A stretch of 64,000 bases of DNA from an uncultured delta proteobacterium (lineage in GTDB: Bacteria; Desulfobacterota; Binatia; Binatales; Binataceae), in NCBI GenBank assembly GCA_963724765.1, contig CAVRVY010000001.1, forward strand, positions 512,001 to 576,000, given 5' to 3'. Below are positions 8,965-18,693 of this stretch, piece after piece; position 1 is the stretch's first letter, and each line of letters begins with the position of its first letter. Below the pieces are notes generated by a model, which was given only the letters and a program-made list of their open reading frames with translations, had not been told where the DNA came from and did no database searches. Made by a program: the position numbers and the translations under genes.

Positions 8965-10338
8965 ATGGCAAGTTCTCCGCTTGCCCAATACCCCAGCGAC
9001 GGAATGAGACTTTACGAAAAGTGCGTAAATCCGCAATGGGTCCGATTGCTCGATGTGTTGCAAATGAACGTGCGTTATAGCCGCTGCATCGGAACCGAGC
9101 TTCACACCGAAGACGGCCGCCAAATTCTCGACTTTAATTCAGGCTATTGCGTTCACAACGCTGGCCACAATCATCCGCGGATCAAAGCGGCGATCATCGC
9201 GGAACTCGAGCGCGATGGCGCCGCGATGCTCCAGACCGGTGTGCCGGAACTTGCAGGAGTTCTCGGCGCGCAGTTGTGCGAGCGCGCCGGCGGCAAGCTC
9301 ACCAAGGCGTTCTTCGCGAGTTCCGGCAGCGAGGGAGTCGAGGCGGCGATCAAATTCTCCCGAGCCCATACCGGTCGCGTCGGGATGCTTTCGGCCAAGG
9401 GCAGCTTCCATGGCCTCACATGCGGAGCACTCTCGCTCATGTCCGATGCGTTCTGGAAGGATGGGTTCGGTCCCATGCTTCCGGACGTCGAGATGGTCAG
9501 CTTTGACGCACCCGACGAACTTGCGACTAAGCTTGCGTCGAAACGCTTTGCTGCTTTCATCGTGGAGCCGGTACAGGTTGAGGCTGGAGTGCGCATACCC
9601 GACAGCGAATATCTGCAACAGGCGCAGGCGCTATGTCGTCGCTATGGCACTTTGTTCGTGCTGGACGAAGTGCAGACCGGACTCCACCGCACAGGGCCAT
9701 TCCTTGCGGCGCATCATTTCGCGCTCGACCCTGACATGATCATCCTGGCGAAGGCGCTCAGCGGAGGCCTGATACCGGTCGGAGCGGTGCTCATGACCGA
9801 CGCGGTGTACAACTCGACCTACAGCTCTTTCAAGCGCTCAATCGTTCACACTTCGACTTACAGCGAGAATGCGCTGGCGATGCGCGCGGGTCTCGCGACC
9901 CTCGAAGTGCTGGAATCGGAGAGGTTAGGCGAGCGCGCCACGAGATTGGGCCAGCAATTGCGATACATGCTGGCCGCGCGAATCGCCGACTACGAAATGA
10001 TTGGCGAGATTCGCGGCATCGGAATGCTGACGGCGATCGAGTTCCGCGCGCCGAAGCGGTTGCGACTCAGAATCCCGTTCGAAGCTTTTGCCCGGATTCA
10101 TCCGGCGATGTTCGGTCAAGTACTCGTTATGCATCTGTTTCGCGACAAGGGATTTCTCACGCAGATCTGCGGCAACAATTTCATGGCGCTCAAGATCGCA
10201 CCCCCGCTGATCGTTACCGACAACCAGCTTGAACAGTTTGTGGGCGCCTTTTGCGACATTGTCGAGTTGATGCACTCGGGAGGTCGATTTTGGGGGGAAG
10301 CGCTTGGCATGGCTCGCCGCGTGATCGGCGCCATTTGA
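8965..10338 (+). CDS. Class III aminotransferase, HpnO-like (aminohopanoid/acetylornithine aminotransferase family)
   Basis: GAGGAGG RBS before ATG 8965; SGSEGVE, FHG, DEVQTG, AKALSGG (PLP Lys); the NPQWVRLL start and QICGNN..LKIAPPL end resemble HpnO. Confidence 0.8.
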   Translation: MASSPLAQYPSDGMRLYEKCVNPQWVRLLDVLQMNVRYSRCIGTELHTEDGRQILDFNSGYCVHNAGHNHPRIKAAIIAELERDGAAMLQTGVPELAGVLGAQLCERAGGKLTKAFFASSGSEGVEAAIKFSRAHTGRVGMLSAKGSFHGLTCGALSLMSDAFWKDGFGPMLPDVEMVSFDAPDELATKLASKRFAAFIVEPVQVEAGVRIPDSEYLQQAQALCRRYGTLFVLDEVQTGLHRTGPFLAAHHFALDPDMIILAKALSGGLIPVGAVLMTDAVYNSTYSSFKRSIVHTSTYSENALAMRAGLATLEVLESERLGERATRLGQQLRYMLAARIADYEMIGEIRGIGMLTAIEFRAPKRLRLRIPFEAFARIHPAMFGQVLVMHLFRDKGFLTQICGNNFMALKIAPPLIVTDNQLEQFVGAFCDIVELMHSGGRFWGEALGMARRVIGAI

Positions 10339-10496
10339 AGACTTCACTTTCCTCGAAAGCTCACACTTTCTGCCGGGCACGCCGGTGCTCTCGTTCGGCA
10401 GTTCGCTGCCAGCACCCACTACACGGGCTACATTCAGCCGATCGACTTTTTTGGCGATGGACCGCACCGTTATGATCGCGGCTTCTCCGCTATCTA

Positions 10497-11578
10497 TTAA
10501 GTTCTGTATAATATAGTGACAAATGCTCTGGTCGGTGCTAATATGTGGCGCATGGGTAATCCAGCGGGTGTGCGGCGGGATTTCGCTGCGTTGGAAGAGC
10601 GGCGGATGGAGGCGGCGCGATTACTGCGACAAGGGCTTAGCCAGTCCGAGGTCGCGCGAGAGTTGGGCGTACACCGCCAGTCGGTTAGCCGCTGGGCGCG
10701 GGAACTTGGAGCATCGGGAGTGCGCGGCCTGCGCAAGGCCGGACGCACCGGGCGTCCAGCGAAGCTCATCCCGGCCCAGTTGCGCGACCTCGAGCGCGCA
10801 CTCAAGCGCGGACCCGAGGCGTTCGGATTTGCCAGCGGACTGTGGACCGCGAGTCGGGTGCGCGATCTCATCGAGTACCGGACCGGGGTGCGATACCACG
10901 AGGACCACGTCTGGCGCATCCTGCGCAAGCTTAACTGGACCTGCCAGCGTCCCACTGGAAAAGCGCTCGAGCGCGACGAGCAGGCAATCCGGCAGTGGAA
11001 GAAGTACCGCTGGCCGCAGATTAAAAAAAAGCGCTCTGCGAGCGGCGCACCATCGTGTTCATCGACGAAAGCGGACTGAGCGAACGGCCGCATCGGGTGC
11101 GGACCTGGGCGCCGCGCGGGCAGACTCCGGTGCTGCAGTATCACTTCAACTGGAAGGTGCTGTCGGCCACAGCCGGCATCACCTGGTGGAACTTTTACTT
11201 CCGGCTCTATCCCACAACCATCCGCGCCCCTCAGGTGGTGGACTTCCTCGGCCACCTGTTGCGTCATCTGCCGGGGAAGCTGTTGGTGGTGTGGGACGGA
11301 CTGCCGGCGCATCGGGCGCGCTTGGTAACCGAATTTATCCGCGCGCAGCGTGGCCGGCTGGCGCTCGAGTGGCTGCCGGGTTACGCGCCGGAACTCAACC
11401 CGGTGGAGTACATCTGGGGTTACTGGAAACACCACGAACTGCCCAACTTCTGTCCCCGCGATTTCACCCAGCTCAGCCATCAGGCCCGCCGCGCGCTGCG
11501 CCGCATGCGTCGGCGCCCACGCTTGGTGAGATCCTTCTGGCATCAAGCAAAACTGTCACTATAAAATGCAGGACTTAA
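10497..11578 (+). mobile_element. IS630-family insertion sequence, apparently intact
   Basis: Imperfect 25-bp terminal IRs (TTAAGTTCTGTATAATATAGTGACA vs reverse complement TTAAGTCCTGCATTTTATAGTGACA), flanked by TA on both sides. Confidence 0.92.
10552..11564 (+). CDS. IS630 transposase in two frames (HTH + DDE) joined by a -1 frameshift at an A8 tract (11023-11030)
   Basis: OrfA is HTH/winged helix; OrfB has FIDES, VVWD and YAPELNPVE; the shift reads IKKKALCERRTIVFIDES. Confidence 0.88.
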
Positions 11579-11997
11579 TAAGTCGGGCTTTGTCGACCAC
11601 ACTTCTAATGATCGTGCTCGATCGTGAAATTCATAGAGAAGATAATGGGATCTGCGCCACTCTCCGCCCGGAGTCGCGACAGTACCTAATCCAATTATGT
11701 CGGCGTCATCTGCTTACGCGCCAACAAATAGTCCAGCCATTGAAGATCTTACAACGATGATCAATTTCTGATTGGAATCGAAGGGAATATCGTAGAAAGA
11801 AATAGGGACGCCAGGTGTTGACTCTGAAGCCACTTTTTGGATAGCAGTTTTGAGCGTCTAACGAGTTGTCTTATCGATAAGGAGCCTGTGTTCTTGTTGC
11901 TCTGTAAATAAGCATGCATCACTCATTGCTCGCGTGAGCGCTGCTCAGTGGGCATGGTTACCGCCGACGCGCGGCCAAGGAAGAGGAGGTATGGAAA

Positions 11998-12675
11998 GTG
12001 CGGAAGGTGCTGAGAAAGTTAGCAGTCTACCTCCTTTGTACTGCGGTTGCGGTCCTCACCGCGAGTTGCTCATCAATGTCGCCCAAGCGCCAACAGGCCT
12101 GCCTAATTGGCGCGGGGGTCGGCGCCCTCGCGACCGGCGGCATCATGGCTGCAGCGATCGCGGGGGGGCATGGACATTCGGGATCTTACGAATTGGGTGT
12201 CCCGCTCGCGGCCTTTGGTGGTGCGATCGCTGGCGCAATCGTCGGATGCTCGTGGGTGAAGGAAGAGCCGCCGCCGACCCCGCCACCTCCGCCGCCGCCG
12301 CCACCTCCTCCGCCGCCACCGCCTCCTCCGCCGCCGGAGAAGATCATCCTGCGTGGCGTCCACTTTGACTTTGACAAGTCAAACATCCGCCCGCAGGATG
12401 CGGCCGTGCTCGACGAGGCCGCGGAAACCCTGAAGTCGCACCAGAACGTGTCGGTCAACGTCAATGGCTATTGCGACGCGATCGGCTCGGTCAGGTACAA
12501 CCTAAGGCTCTCCGAGCGCCGGTCCAACGCGGTCGTGAGGTACCTCGCCGACCACGGTGTGGCGGAAGGCCGCCTGAGCCCGCACGGCTATGGGAAGACG
12601 GACTTCGTCGCCACCAACAAGACGGCCGAAGGACGCGCCCAGAACCGCCGGGTCGAACTGGTGCCGAATCAGTAG
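11998..12675 (+). CDS. OmpA-family peptidoglycan-binding lipoprotein with glycine zipper and polyproline linker
   Basis: Lipobox LTASC; VHFDFDKS, YNLRLSERRS, GRAQNRRVE. Confidence 0.92.
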   Translation: MRKVLRKLAVYLLCTAVAVLTASCSSMSPKRQQACLIGAGVGALATGGIMAAAIAGGHGHSGSYELGVPLAAFGGAIAGAIVGCSWVKEEPPPTPPPPPPPPPPPPPPPPPPPEKIILRGVHFDFDKSNIRPQDAAVLDEAAETLKSHQNVSVNVNGYCDAIGSVRYNLRLSERRSNAVVRYLADHGVAEGRLSPHGYGKTDFVATNKTAEGRAQNRRVELVPNQ

Positions 12676-13050
12676 CAGCGCGACCAGGCAGCGTCGATGG
12701 CGGCGCTGCCTAACTCGCGCGGCCACGCAACGTGGGGGCGTTATTTAGGTGGCCTCGATGACGCGAGAGTCACGAATGCAGCCGCGACTCGTTGGGTGGC
12801 GCCGTTGCTACGGTTTAGATCGCGGGCTGAGGTAGCGGATACAGATCAGACTGGGACCCCATGCGCTAACGCATGTCCCGGCCATGCCGGCGCTCCCGAT
12901 AATCGTTTCACTCGTTGGACTGCCAGAGCTTGATTAGGCGGGTTAATTGCGGAGAGAGTAGAAGGTGCTTTTCTATTGGACGATCGCTTGTGCAGGGCGA
13001 CTTGCACACGACTTTGCCAGCAGACGAAAACGAAGCGGAGACGTTAATAC

Positions 13051-13406
13051 ATGAAGTACCGTAACGCACTGCCAATCGCGTTTTCAGGTTTGCTGTATGC
13101 TTCTGCGGCCCTGGCCCAGACTAATGACCAGGCTGTAGAAGAAGGCGCTGGAGTAATTGCCTGGATCGTTGTCGGGCTGATTGGTGGCTACCTTGCTAGT
13201 CGGGTCGTGAACAAGACGGGCGAAGGCACGCTGCGAGACATCATTCTGGGCATAGTGGGCGGTATTATCGGTGGAATAATCTTCCGCAGCTTTGGCGGAC
13301 ACGGTGTGACGGGATTCAACCTTGGAGCATCCTTGTCGCGTTCATAGGCGGCATCGTTGTGCTTTTGATCTATCACGCTGTGCGCGGACAGCGCACGGGA
13401 AGATAA
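13051..13406 (+). pseudogene. GlsB/YeaQ/YmgE (transglycosylase-associated) membrane protein with a 1-nt frameshift near 13322
   Basis: IAWIVVGLIGGYLAS..IILGIVGGIIGG..GFNL; restoring one T gives WSILVAFIGGIVVLLIYHAVRGQRTGR*. Confidence 0.8.
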
Positions 13407-13544
13407 CATAACCGGCGTTGTTCTCAACGGCCGGTTCAGGAACCTCAAGACACGTCTCTCGCATGAGACGAAGCCCTCACGTTCGTAGGAGCGGGATAGC
13501 GCGCGATCTCTTCTGCCGCACGCGCGATCACCATCTCGTGGACG

Positions 13545-14130
13545 TCACCAGTACCTCGCGGTGGCAATAGGCAGTCGGCACGAGTAGTCATTGCCACGGT
13601 ACCGCACCGCCGACAACGAGTTGCTCCGCGCGGCCTGCTTCTTGCCAGCGTCGTAAGGAGCTTGCGGCAGTGACAGCAGCGCGCAGCGATCCCGCACCAG
13701 CCAGCCGCTCGCCGATGGTATCATCATGGTTCCGCAGTCGGTCGCCCCACCGGCGCCGGCAGCACTCCAGCGACTGCGCGCTCAGCTCCGCGAAGCTGCC
13801 CACTTGCGGGCTCGGCACCAAGAAGTTGCGCCGCGCGTAACCGACCAACCCTTTGACCTTGCCCTTGTCGTTACCCTTGCCCGGGCCGGCCGAAGCGGTC
13901 GGTGAACAGGTAATGGGACTGCAGCTCGCTGAAGGTCCGCGTCCGTTGCCGCCGGCCGTCGCCCAAGATGCGCGCCACCGCCAGCTTGGTTTTGTCGTAC
14001 AGGATCGAACGCGGCACTCCGCCGAAGAACTCGAAGCTGACGTTGTGCCCTTCGCAGAAGACCTCCGTGCTCTCCGCCGGATAGGCCTGCACCAGACGGC
14101 CGTCGCTGTGCGGCAGGTTAAGTCCGGCAA
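13545..14130 (-). pseudogene. istA: IS21-family transposase (IstA) remnant with several frameshifts
   Basis: Pieces in three frames: LPHSD..AYPAE..FFGGVPRSILYD, GNDKGKVKGLVGYARRNFLVP, VRYRGNDYS. Confidence 0.85.
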
Positions 14131-14176
14131 CACCGGTAAATCCAGACGCTCTCGCAGAAGCGGTGTCGACGTCAAT

Positions 14177-14340
14177 TACCACACCGCGGGTTGCAGGTCC
14201 GTGTCGAGGAGCGAATCCACGCTTTGGAGAAACGCGTGAGTTCATTTCGCGCTTCTGCTACCACACCGCGGGTTGCAGGTCCGTGTCGAGGAGCGAATCC
14301 ACGCTTTGGAGAAACGCGTGAGTTCATTTCGCGCTTCTGC
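14177..14340. repeat. Perfect tandem duplication of an 82-bp unit
   Basis: TACCACACCGCGGGTTGCAGG...CATTTCGCGCTTCTGC at 14177-14258 and 14259-14340. Confidence 0.95.
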
Positions 14341-14436
14341 TTGCGCTGCAGACTGCATCGGTGCTACGTGACGCTGGGATGCTACCTAGTTGCGCAACAT
14401 TGAAGGGAGCGGCGGACCTCCCCGCCGACGACGCAT

Positions 14437-15294
14437 GTGACGGGAACGTTCGTATTTGCGATCGTGGGCGAGCCCCACGTTCGCGCGGTGAACATCGCGC
14501 TCACGTACCTGAAACGTTTCTCACGCTCCAATATCGTTGTAGTAATGGGGCGAAGCAAACTTCGCCCCGCCCACGATCAGGTTATCGATGTCGACCTCCC
14601 AGACCAGCTCGATGATCGCGAAGCCAGCATATTTCTAAAGACCAGCTTACTCGAAGTATTAGGGTCAGTTCGCTCTCCATTCTGCTATCTAGACAGTGAC
14701 GTGATAGCTGTGAACGACGACGTCGATTCTATCTTCAAGCACAAGCATGGTCCCATAACCTTCGCGTCTGACAATATTTCGATCGATATGTTCAGTCGAT
14801 ATGCGGTTAATTGTGGATGCCAGGAGAGTACCTGCGATCACTTACGTGAGTCTATTCTACGTAAATTCGGTGTTCCCGTCACATCGGGCGACTGGCGGCT
14901 TTGGAACGGTGGAGTATTTCTGTTCGACAAAGACTCTGCTGATTTCTTGACAGTCTGGCACGAGCTCACCCGACAAATACTGACCGACTCGCTTTGGCGA
15001 ACGCGCGACCAGGGGACGCTGGCAACCACGGTCTGGAAGTGCGGCTTGCAGGATCAGCCTAGGTTGCCGCGTGCTTTCAATCTCATTGTTGACCGCTTCT
15101 GGGGGCTGCCTCTGTCCGAGCGCTTGAACATCTCACCAAACCGTTTTCATGTTTGGAACGACTATTCGCTGACGGGAGAGGGAGGGCGACCGCGTCCGTC
15201 ACTACTTCACTTCGTAAACGGCGGCGTCGGTCAAGCGGGCTGGCAAAACTGGGACGAGGTGGAGTCTCTTTTGCTATCTTCACAGAGAGCGTGA
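14437..15294 (+). CDS. GT-A fold (GT8-like) glycosyltransferase
   Basis: YLDSDVI (DxD), WNGGVFLF, RDQGTL, LLHF. Confidence 0.65.
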   Translation: MTGTFVFAIVGEPHVRAVNIALTYLKRFSRSNIVVVMGRSKLRPAHDQVIDVDLPDQLDDREASIFLKTSLLEVLGSVRSPFCYLDSDVIAVNDDVDSIFKHKHGPITFASDNISIDMFSRYAVNCGCQESTCDHLRESILRKFGVPVTSGDWRLWNGGVFLFDKDSADFLTVWHELTRQILTDSLWRTRDQGTLATTVWKCGLQDQPRLPRAFNLIVDRFWGLPLSERLNISPNRFHVWNDYSLTGEGGRPRPSLLHFVNGGVGQAGWQNWDEVESLLLSSQRA

Positions 15295-15410
15295 GCTGGT
15301 TTCGTTGACTTTTGTGCGTACCGAGAATTCGAATCCGTGAGCCCGTTGGCCGCCGCGGAGGCTGGCCGGCGGAAGATCCACATGGCCACAGCTTCATGCG
15401 TCATGTCCCA

Positions 15411-17177
15411 TTACAGGTGCTCTGCAGGTTGGATGTTCTGTGCAGTGAAAACAGACAGCATTCCCCACTCCGTAGGTATGTCTTTCCTGGTAGCGCAGAC
15501 CCGGTATTTAGCAGGCGCAGGTAGTTCTGTAGGGCCAGGAATGATAAGCCATACCGGATAGTATTTACTTGCCACGGTATGATCGTTCAGGCCGCTAAGG
15601 TCATGAGCCAGAACAAGGAGATCGCCGGAACGTAACGCAGCCAGCCTTTGCGCGACGCTTATACCATTGAACGTTTTATCCCGGAGAAAGTTGTCTTCTG
15701 CGACATTCGGCACGAATCCACTACTTCCCGGCGGCAATATTCGTAAAAAAGGCGAACTCCGCCCAAGGTCGATTATAAGTGGTGCCGACTCCTTCGCACA
15801 CCAGGATACTGACACGGGACGGGATCGAGAATACGACCTGGCGATGGTCGCTACGAGGGGAGTGAACAGCGAGAGCACAACGATCGTAGCACTAATAATA
15901 ACAACTGTTTTGGCCGATGAGGAAAAATGCCGACTGCGGGTTGTAGAGACGCCAAACGTTCTATAAATAGCCCAGGCGCCGAGGCCTACTAACAAAGCTT
16001 GGAGAGCGTTGGTCGAAGCAAAAGTCCTGTAAGCATCCGCATTCCAGAAGGTAAACGCCGATGAGAACGCGCAACCAATAAAGGTTAGCATACACAACTG
16101 TTCGATCCTGGAACGGCTTGGTCTCAAAGCATATATCAACCCGATTGCCTCCAGTACGATGAATGGTGCACGGTACCACTGTGCATACCTATAGGCAGCA
16201 CAGCATTCCCATGGATACGTGCTGATATAGAGTAATTGATCTTTGAAAAAGCGAAGGACAAAGCTCCACATGCCTATGAGCAGCGGATAAGGGTTTGCCC
16301 TGATCATTGCAACAGCCTGTTCCATCGCGACATCGGCACGCAAACCGGGAGCACCAGGCCTCAGCACAGCCGTCCACGCTTGCCCCCCTTCGGCCAGCCC
16401 ATAAAGCACGTACCCGAAATGATCGAATGGAACAGTTCCAGGGGCTGTGTAAGACCATTTCAATAAGGCTGCGACTGCAAATCCAGACGCCACACCTGCG
16501 GCTGACAGAAGCGTCGGCGCAATTGCGAAGCCTCGTTCTCCTCTGAAACGCCGGCCGGCCCAGAGCACGAGCACAGGCAGCACAAAGAAGGGGCCAGGAC
16601 GAGCCTCCAAGCCAAGAGTAATAAGGAAAAGCCCCGTAGCGAAAAGTGGTGGCTTTTGATCATCAGTTCCCACCAATAGGAGAGTCGCTCCCAGCACGCC
16701 ATAAAGAAAGCCCGTCGGCTCCGCCATCATGGTGGTTGTAAATCTGCCTATAAAGGCAATCATCACGAGGGTCGCGATGGCAGCCGGCGTGATACCCAGT
16801 CTGTACACAACTTCCCGGACGAATAGAAATGTTGCGACTGCGACCAGAACCGTCCGCAAAATCAAGACCAATTGTAAATTTTGGCCGGAAATGTCGAGTA
16901 GCGCGGCGAAGAACACTTCATTTACAATTCGAGTCGCGCTGAATCCATCCAGCTTTCCATCGAAAAGGAGGCGAAGGCCGCCACTAAACCACCACGATGC
17001 ATCAGACCACGGAAGGTAACCGCCAATGCAGAGGTATGTCGTTTCGCCCGTCGACCAGAAAAGCCAGAGCATTTGAAAAAAAGCAAGAAATATCGCGACG
17101 AATCCTAGGATTTCGCTAAATATGATAAAATTGCCCTTCGGCCGAAAAGAAATATGTCTGCCGAATCGGCTAATCAC
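15411..17177 (-). CDS. Polytopic membrane protein, possible GT-C-type glycosyltransferase
   Basis: Many TM helices; early-loop WSD and later AEP and ARP motifs; glycan-gene context. Confidence 0.55.
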   Translation of the reverse strand: MISRFGRHISFRPKGNFIIFSEILGFVAIFLAFFQMLWLFWSTGETTYLCIGGYLPWSDASWWFSGGLRLLFDGKLDGFSATRIVNEVFFAALLDISGQNLQLVLILRTVLVAVATFLFVREVVYRLGITPAAIATLVMIAFIGRFTTTMMAEPTGFLYGVLGATLLLVGTDDQKPPLFATGLFLITLGLEARPGPFFVLPVLVLWAGRRFRGERGFAIAPTLLSAAGVASGFAVAALLKWSYTAPGTVPFDHFGYVLYGLAEGGQAWTAVLRPGAPGLRADVAMEQAVAMIRANPYPLLIGMWSFVLRFFKDQLLYISTYPWECCAAYRYAQWYRAPFIVLEAIGLIYALRPSRSRIEQLCMLTFIGCAFSSAFTFWNADAYRTFASTNALQALLVGLGAWAIYRTFGVSTTRSRHFSSSAKTVVIISATIVVLSLFTPLVATIARSYSRSRPVSVSWCAKESAPLIIDLGRSSPFLRILPPGSSGFVPNVAEDNFLRDKTFNGISVAQRLAALRSGDLLVLAHDLSGLNDHTVASKYYPVWLIIPGPTELPAPAKYRVCATRKDIPTEWGMLSVFTAQNIQPAEHL

Positions 17178-17289
17178 TGCTATCTCTCATGGCGGTCTAG
17201 GCAGCTCGCCGGACGACTTGAACCAAACGTTGAATCGCGCGTCGCCTCGATGGCGATGCTATAATCGATAATATTGTACTATGTGATTA

Positions 17290-18603
17290 TTAAACGGTGT
17301 CTCGTTGACGTTCACGCTGGCGGCGCCTGCGGCTGCGCAGATAGGTATCGAGCGTGCGCCAAGGACGCGTGATGCGCCAGTAACGCGAGCGATAAACGGC
17401 CTCCAGCTCCTGATGCACGTGTTGAGAGTCCGCGCGGCTCCGTTCGAGTTCGCCTCGAGCCTGTGCCAGTTCCGTTTGTGCATGCGTCAACTCAGTAGTG
17501 GCCGCTGCGACTTCCTGCGCCAGCTCTGTGCGGACCGCTACCAACTCCGCACGGACCGCTACGAACTCCGCACGGATCGCTGCGAGCTCAGACTGAGCTC
17601 GCTCGAGCTCGGTCCTGGCACCCGCCAATGCCGATTGTGCGAGATCCAAATCGATGTGGGCCTGCATCGCATCCGCTTGCTTCTGACTAAATTGAGCCTG
17701 AAGCTGGGTCAGCGTGGCACGGGTTTGCACGTTTTCGAGGCCGATGTTTCTGATCCGCTCGAGCCAGCATGCCGCGACGTACGAATCGTATGGCGCCAGC
17801 TCATGGTGCAGACTGTCGAGGATTGCACGCCCATGTTCGCCAGGGCCGCTTCCCGGCTTGAGCGCCCTATACGCCGATACGATCCATTTGCGCAGAGGCG
17901 GCGGAAAGCGGTCGAAGTACAGGCTTTCGTGATGGCGAAGCCCGCGTTCGAGGAAATCCGCGGCACCATCCGCGACGTCCCCATGGGGCTTTGGCCACAC
18001 GATGCCGAAGGCCTGCGCGACGCGTTGCGACTCGGCTCGCGAGTCGTCCAGAAGATCGCCATAGCGGATCGTGATCCGTGGCATCGCGCGTGAATGCCGC
18101 TCGGCCTCCAGCACATAGCGCAGCCACAGCAGTCCGCTCTTGTCGGCGGAGAATCCATTGCGCAGTGCCAGCGATTCCGCCACTTCCGCTGGATGCCTCA
18201 GAACAGAGATTGCCCGCACCGGCACGCCAAGCTCGTCGAGCATCCCGAGCCAAATCGGTAACAGGCGACAGAGCCTTGGATCCTTAGCGCCCCATAACGG
18301 CTCAGTCATTAGGTCGCGCCGGATAATCTCCATCAGCTGCGTGCGAAAGGTTCGGACTCTACGATCGTACTCCCATCCCTCGGGGAGCGGACGCGGATCG
18401 TCCCACGAGGAGCCGAAGACAGCCATCAGCTCGTCGTGTATTCCCACGATCTCGGCGTGTTCGAAGTATCCCTTGGGCTGAGCGGAATCCTCGGCCATCA
18501 GGTAGGGCCCCAGGTTGACGCCGAGCGTCTCCAGCCAACCGGCGGTGGCGGAGGTGCCACTGCGATGCATCCCCAGCACTAGTATCGCCGTGCTGTCAGC
18601 CAT
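17290..18603 (-). CDS. Sulfotransferase-family protein with C-terminal coiled coil
   Basis: VLGMHRSGTS P-loop, KGYFE, KDPRL, LRHPAEVAESL; heptad region ending in SRYWRITRPWR. Confidence 0.8.
   Translation of the reverse strand: MADSTAILVLGMHRSGTSATAGWLETLGVNLGPYLMAEDSAQPKGYFEHAEIVGIHDELMAVFGSSWDDPRPLPEGWEYDRRVRTFRTQLMEIIRRDLMTEPLWGAKDPRLCRLLPIWLGMLDELGVPVRAISVLRHPAEVAESLALRNGFSADKSGLLWLRYVLEAERHSRAMPRITIRYGDLLDDSRAESQRVAQAFGIVWPKPHGDVADGAADFLERGLRHHESLYFDRFPPPLRKWIVSAYRALKPGSGPGEHGRAILDSLHHELAPYDSYVAACWLERIRNIGLENVQTRATLTQLQAQFSQKQADAMQAHIDLDLAQSALAGARTELERAQSELAAIRAEFVAVRAELVAVRTELAQEVAAATTELTHAQTELAQARGELERSRADSQHVHQELEAVYRSRYWRITRPWRTLDTYLRSRRRRQRERQRDTV
17527..17589 (-). repeat. 21-bp tandem repeats encoding heptads (ELAAIRA/EFVAVRA/ELVAVRT)
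   Basis: Three near-identical CGCACGGACCGCTAC..ACTC units. Confidence 0.8.
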
Positions 18604-18693
18604 AACGCTCGCCTGGAGACGTTGCGCGAAAGCATCGACTTCGAAGGCCCCGATAGCGGCAGCGGTATCAGGCCGCTGCGAGATTCCCGGCCG

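Noticed and set aside
10497-11578. 349-aa antisense and 351-aa alternative-frame ORFs in IS630
   Set aside because: Shadow ORFs of a GC-rich transposase gene
14177-14340. Possible CRISPR array
   Set aside because: Two contiguous 82-bp units, no spacers, no cas genes
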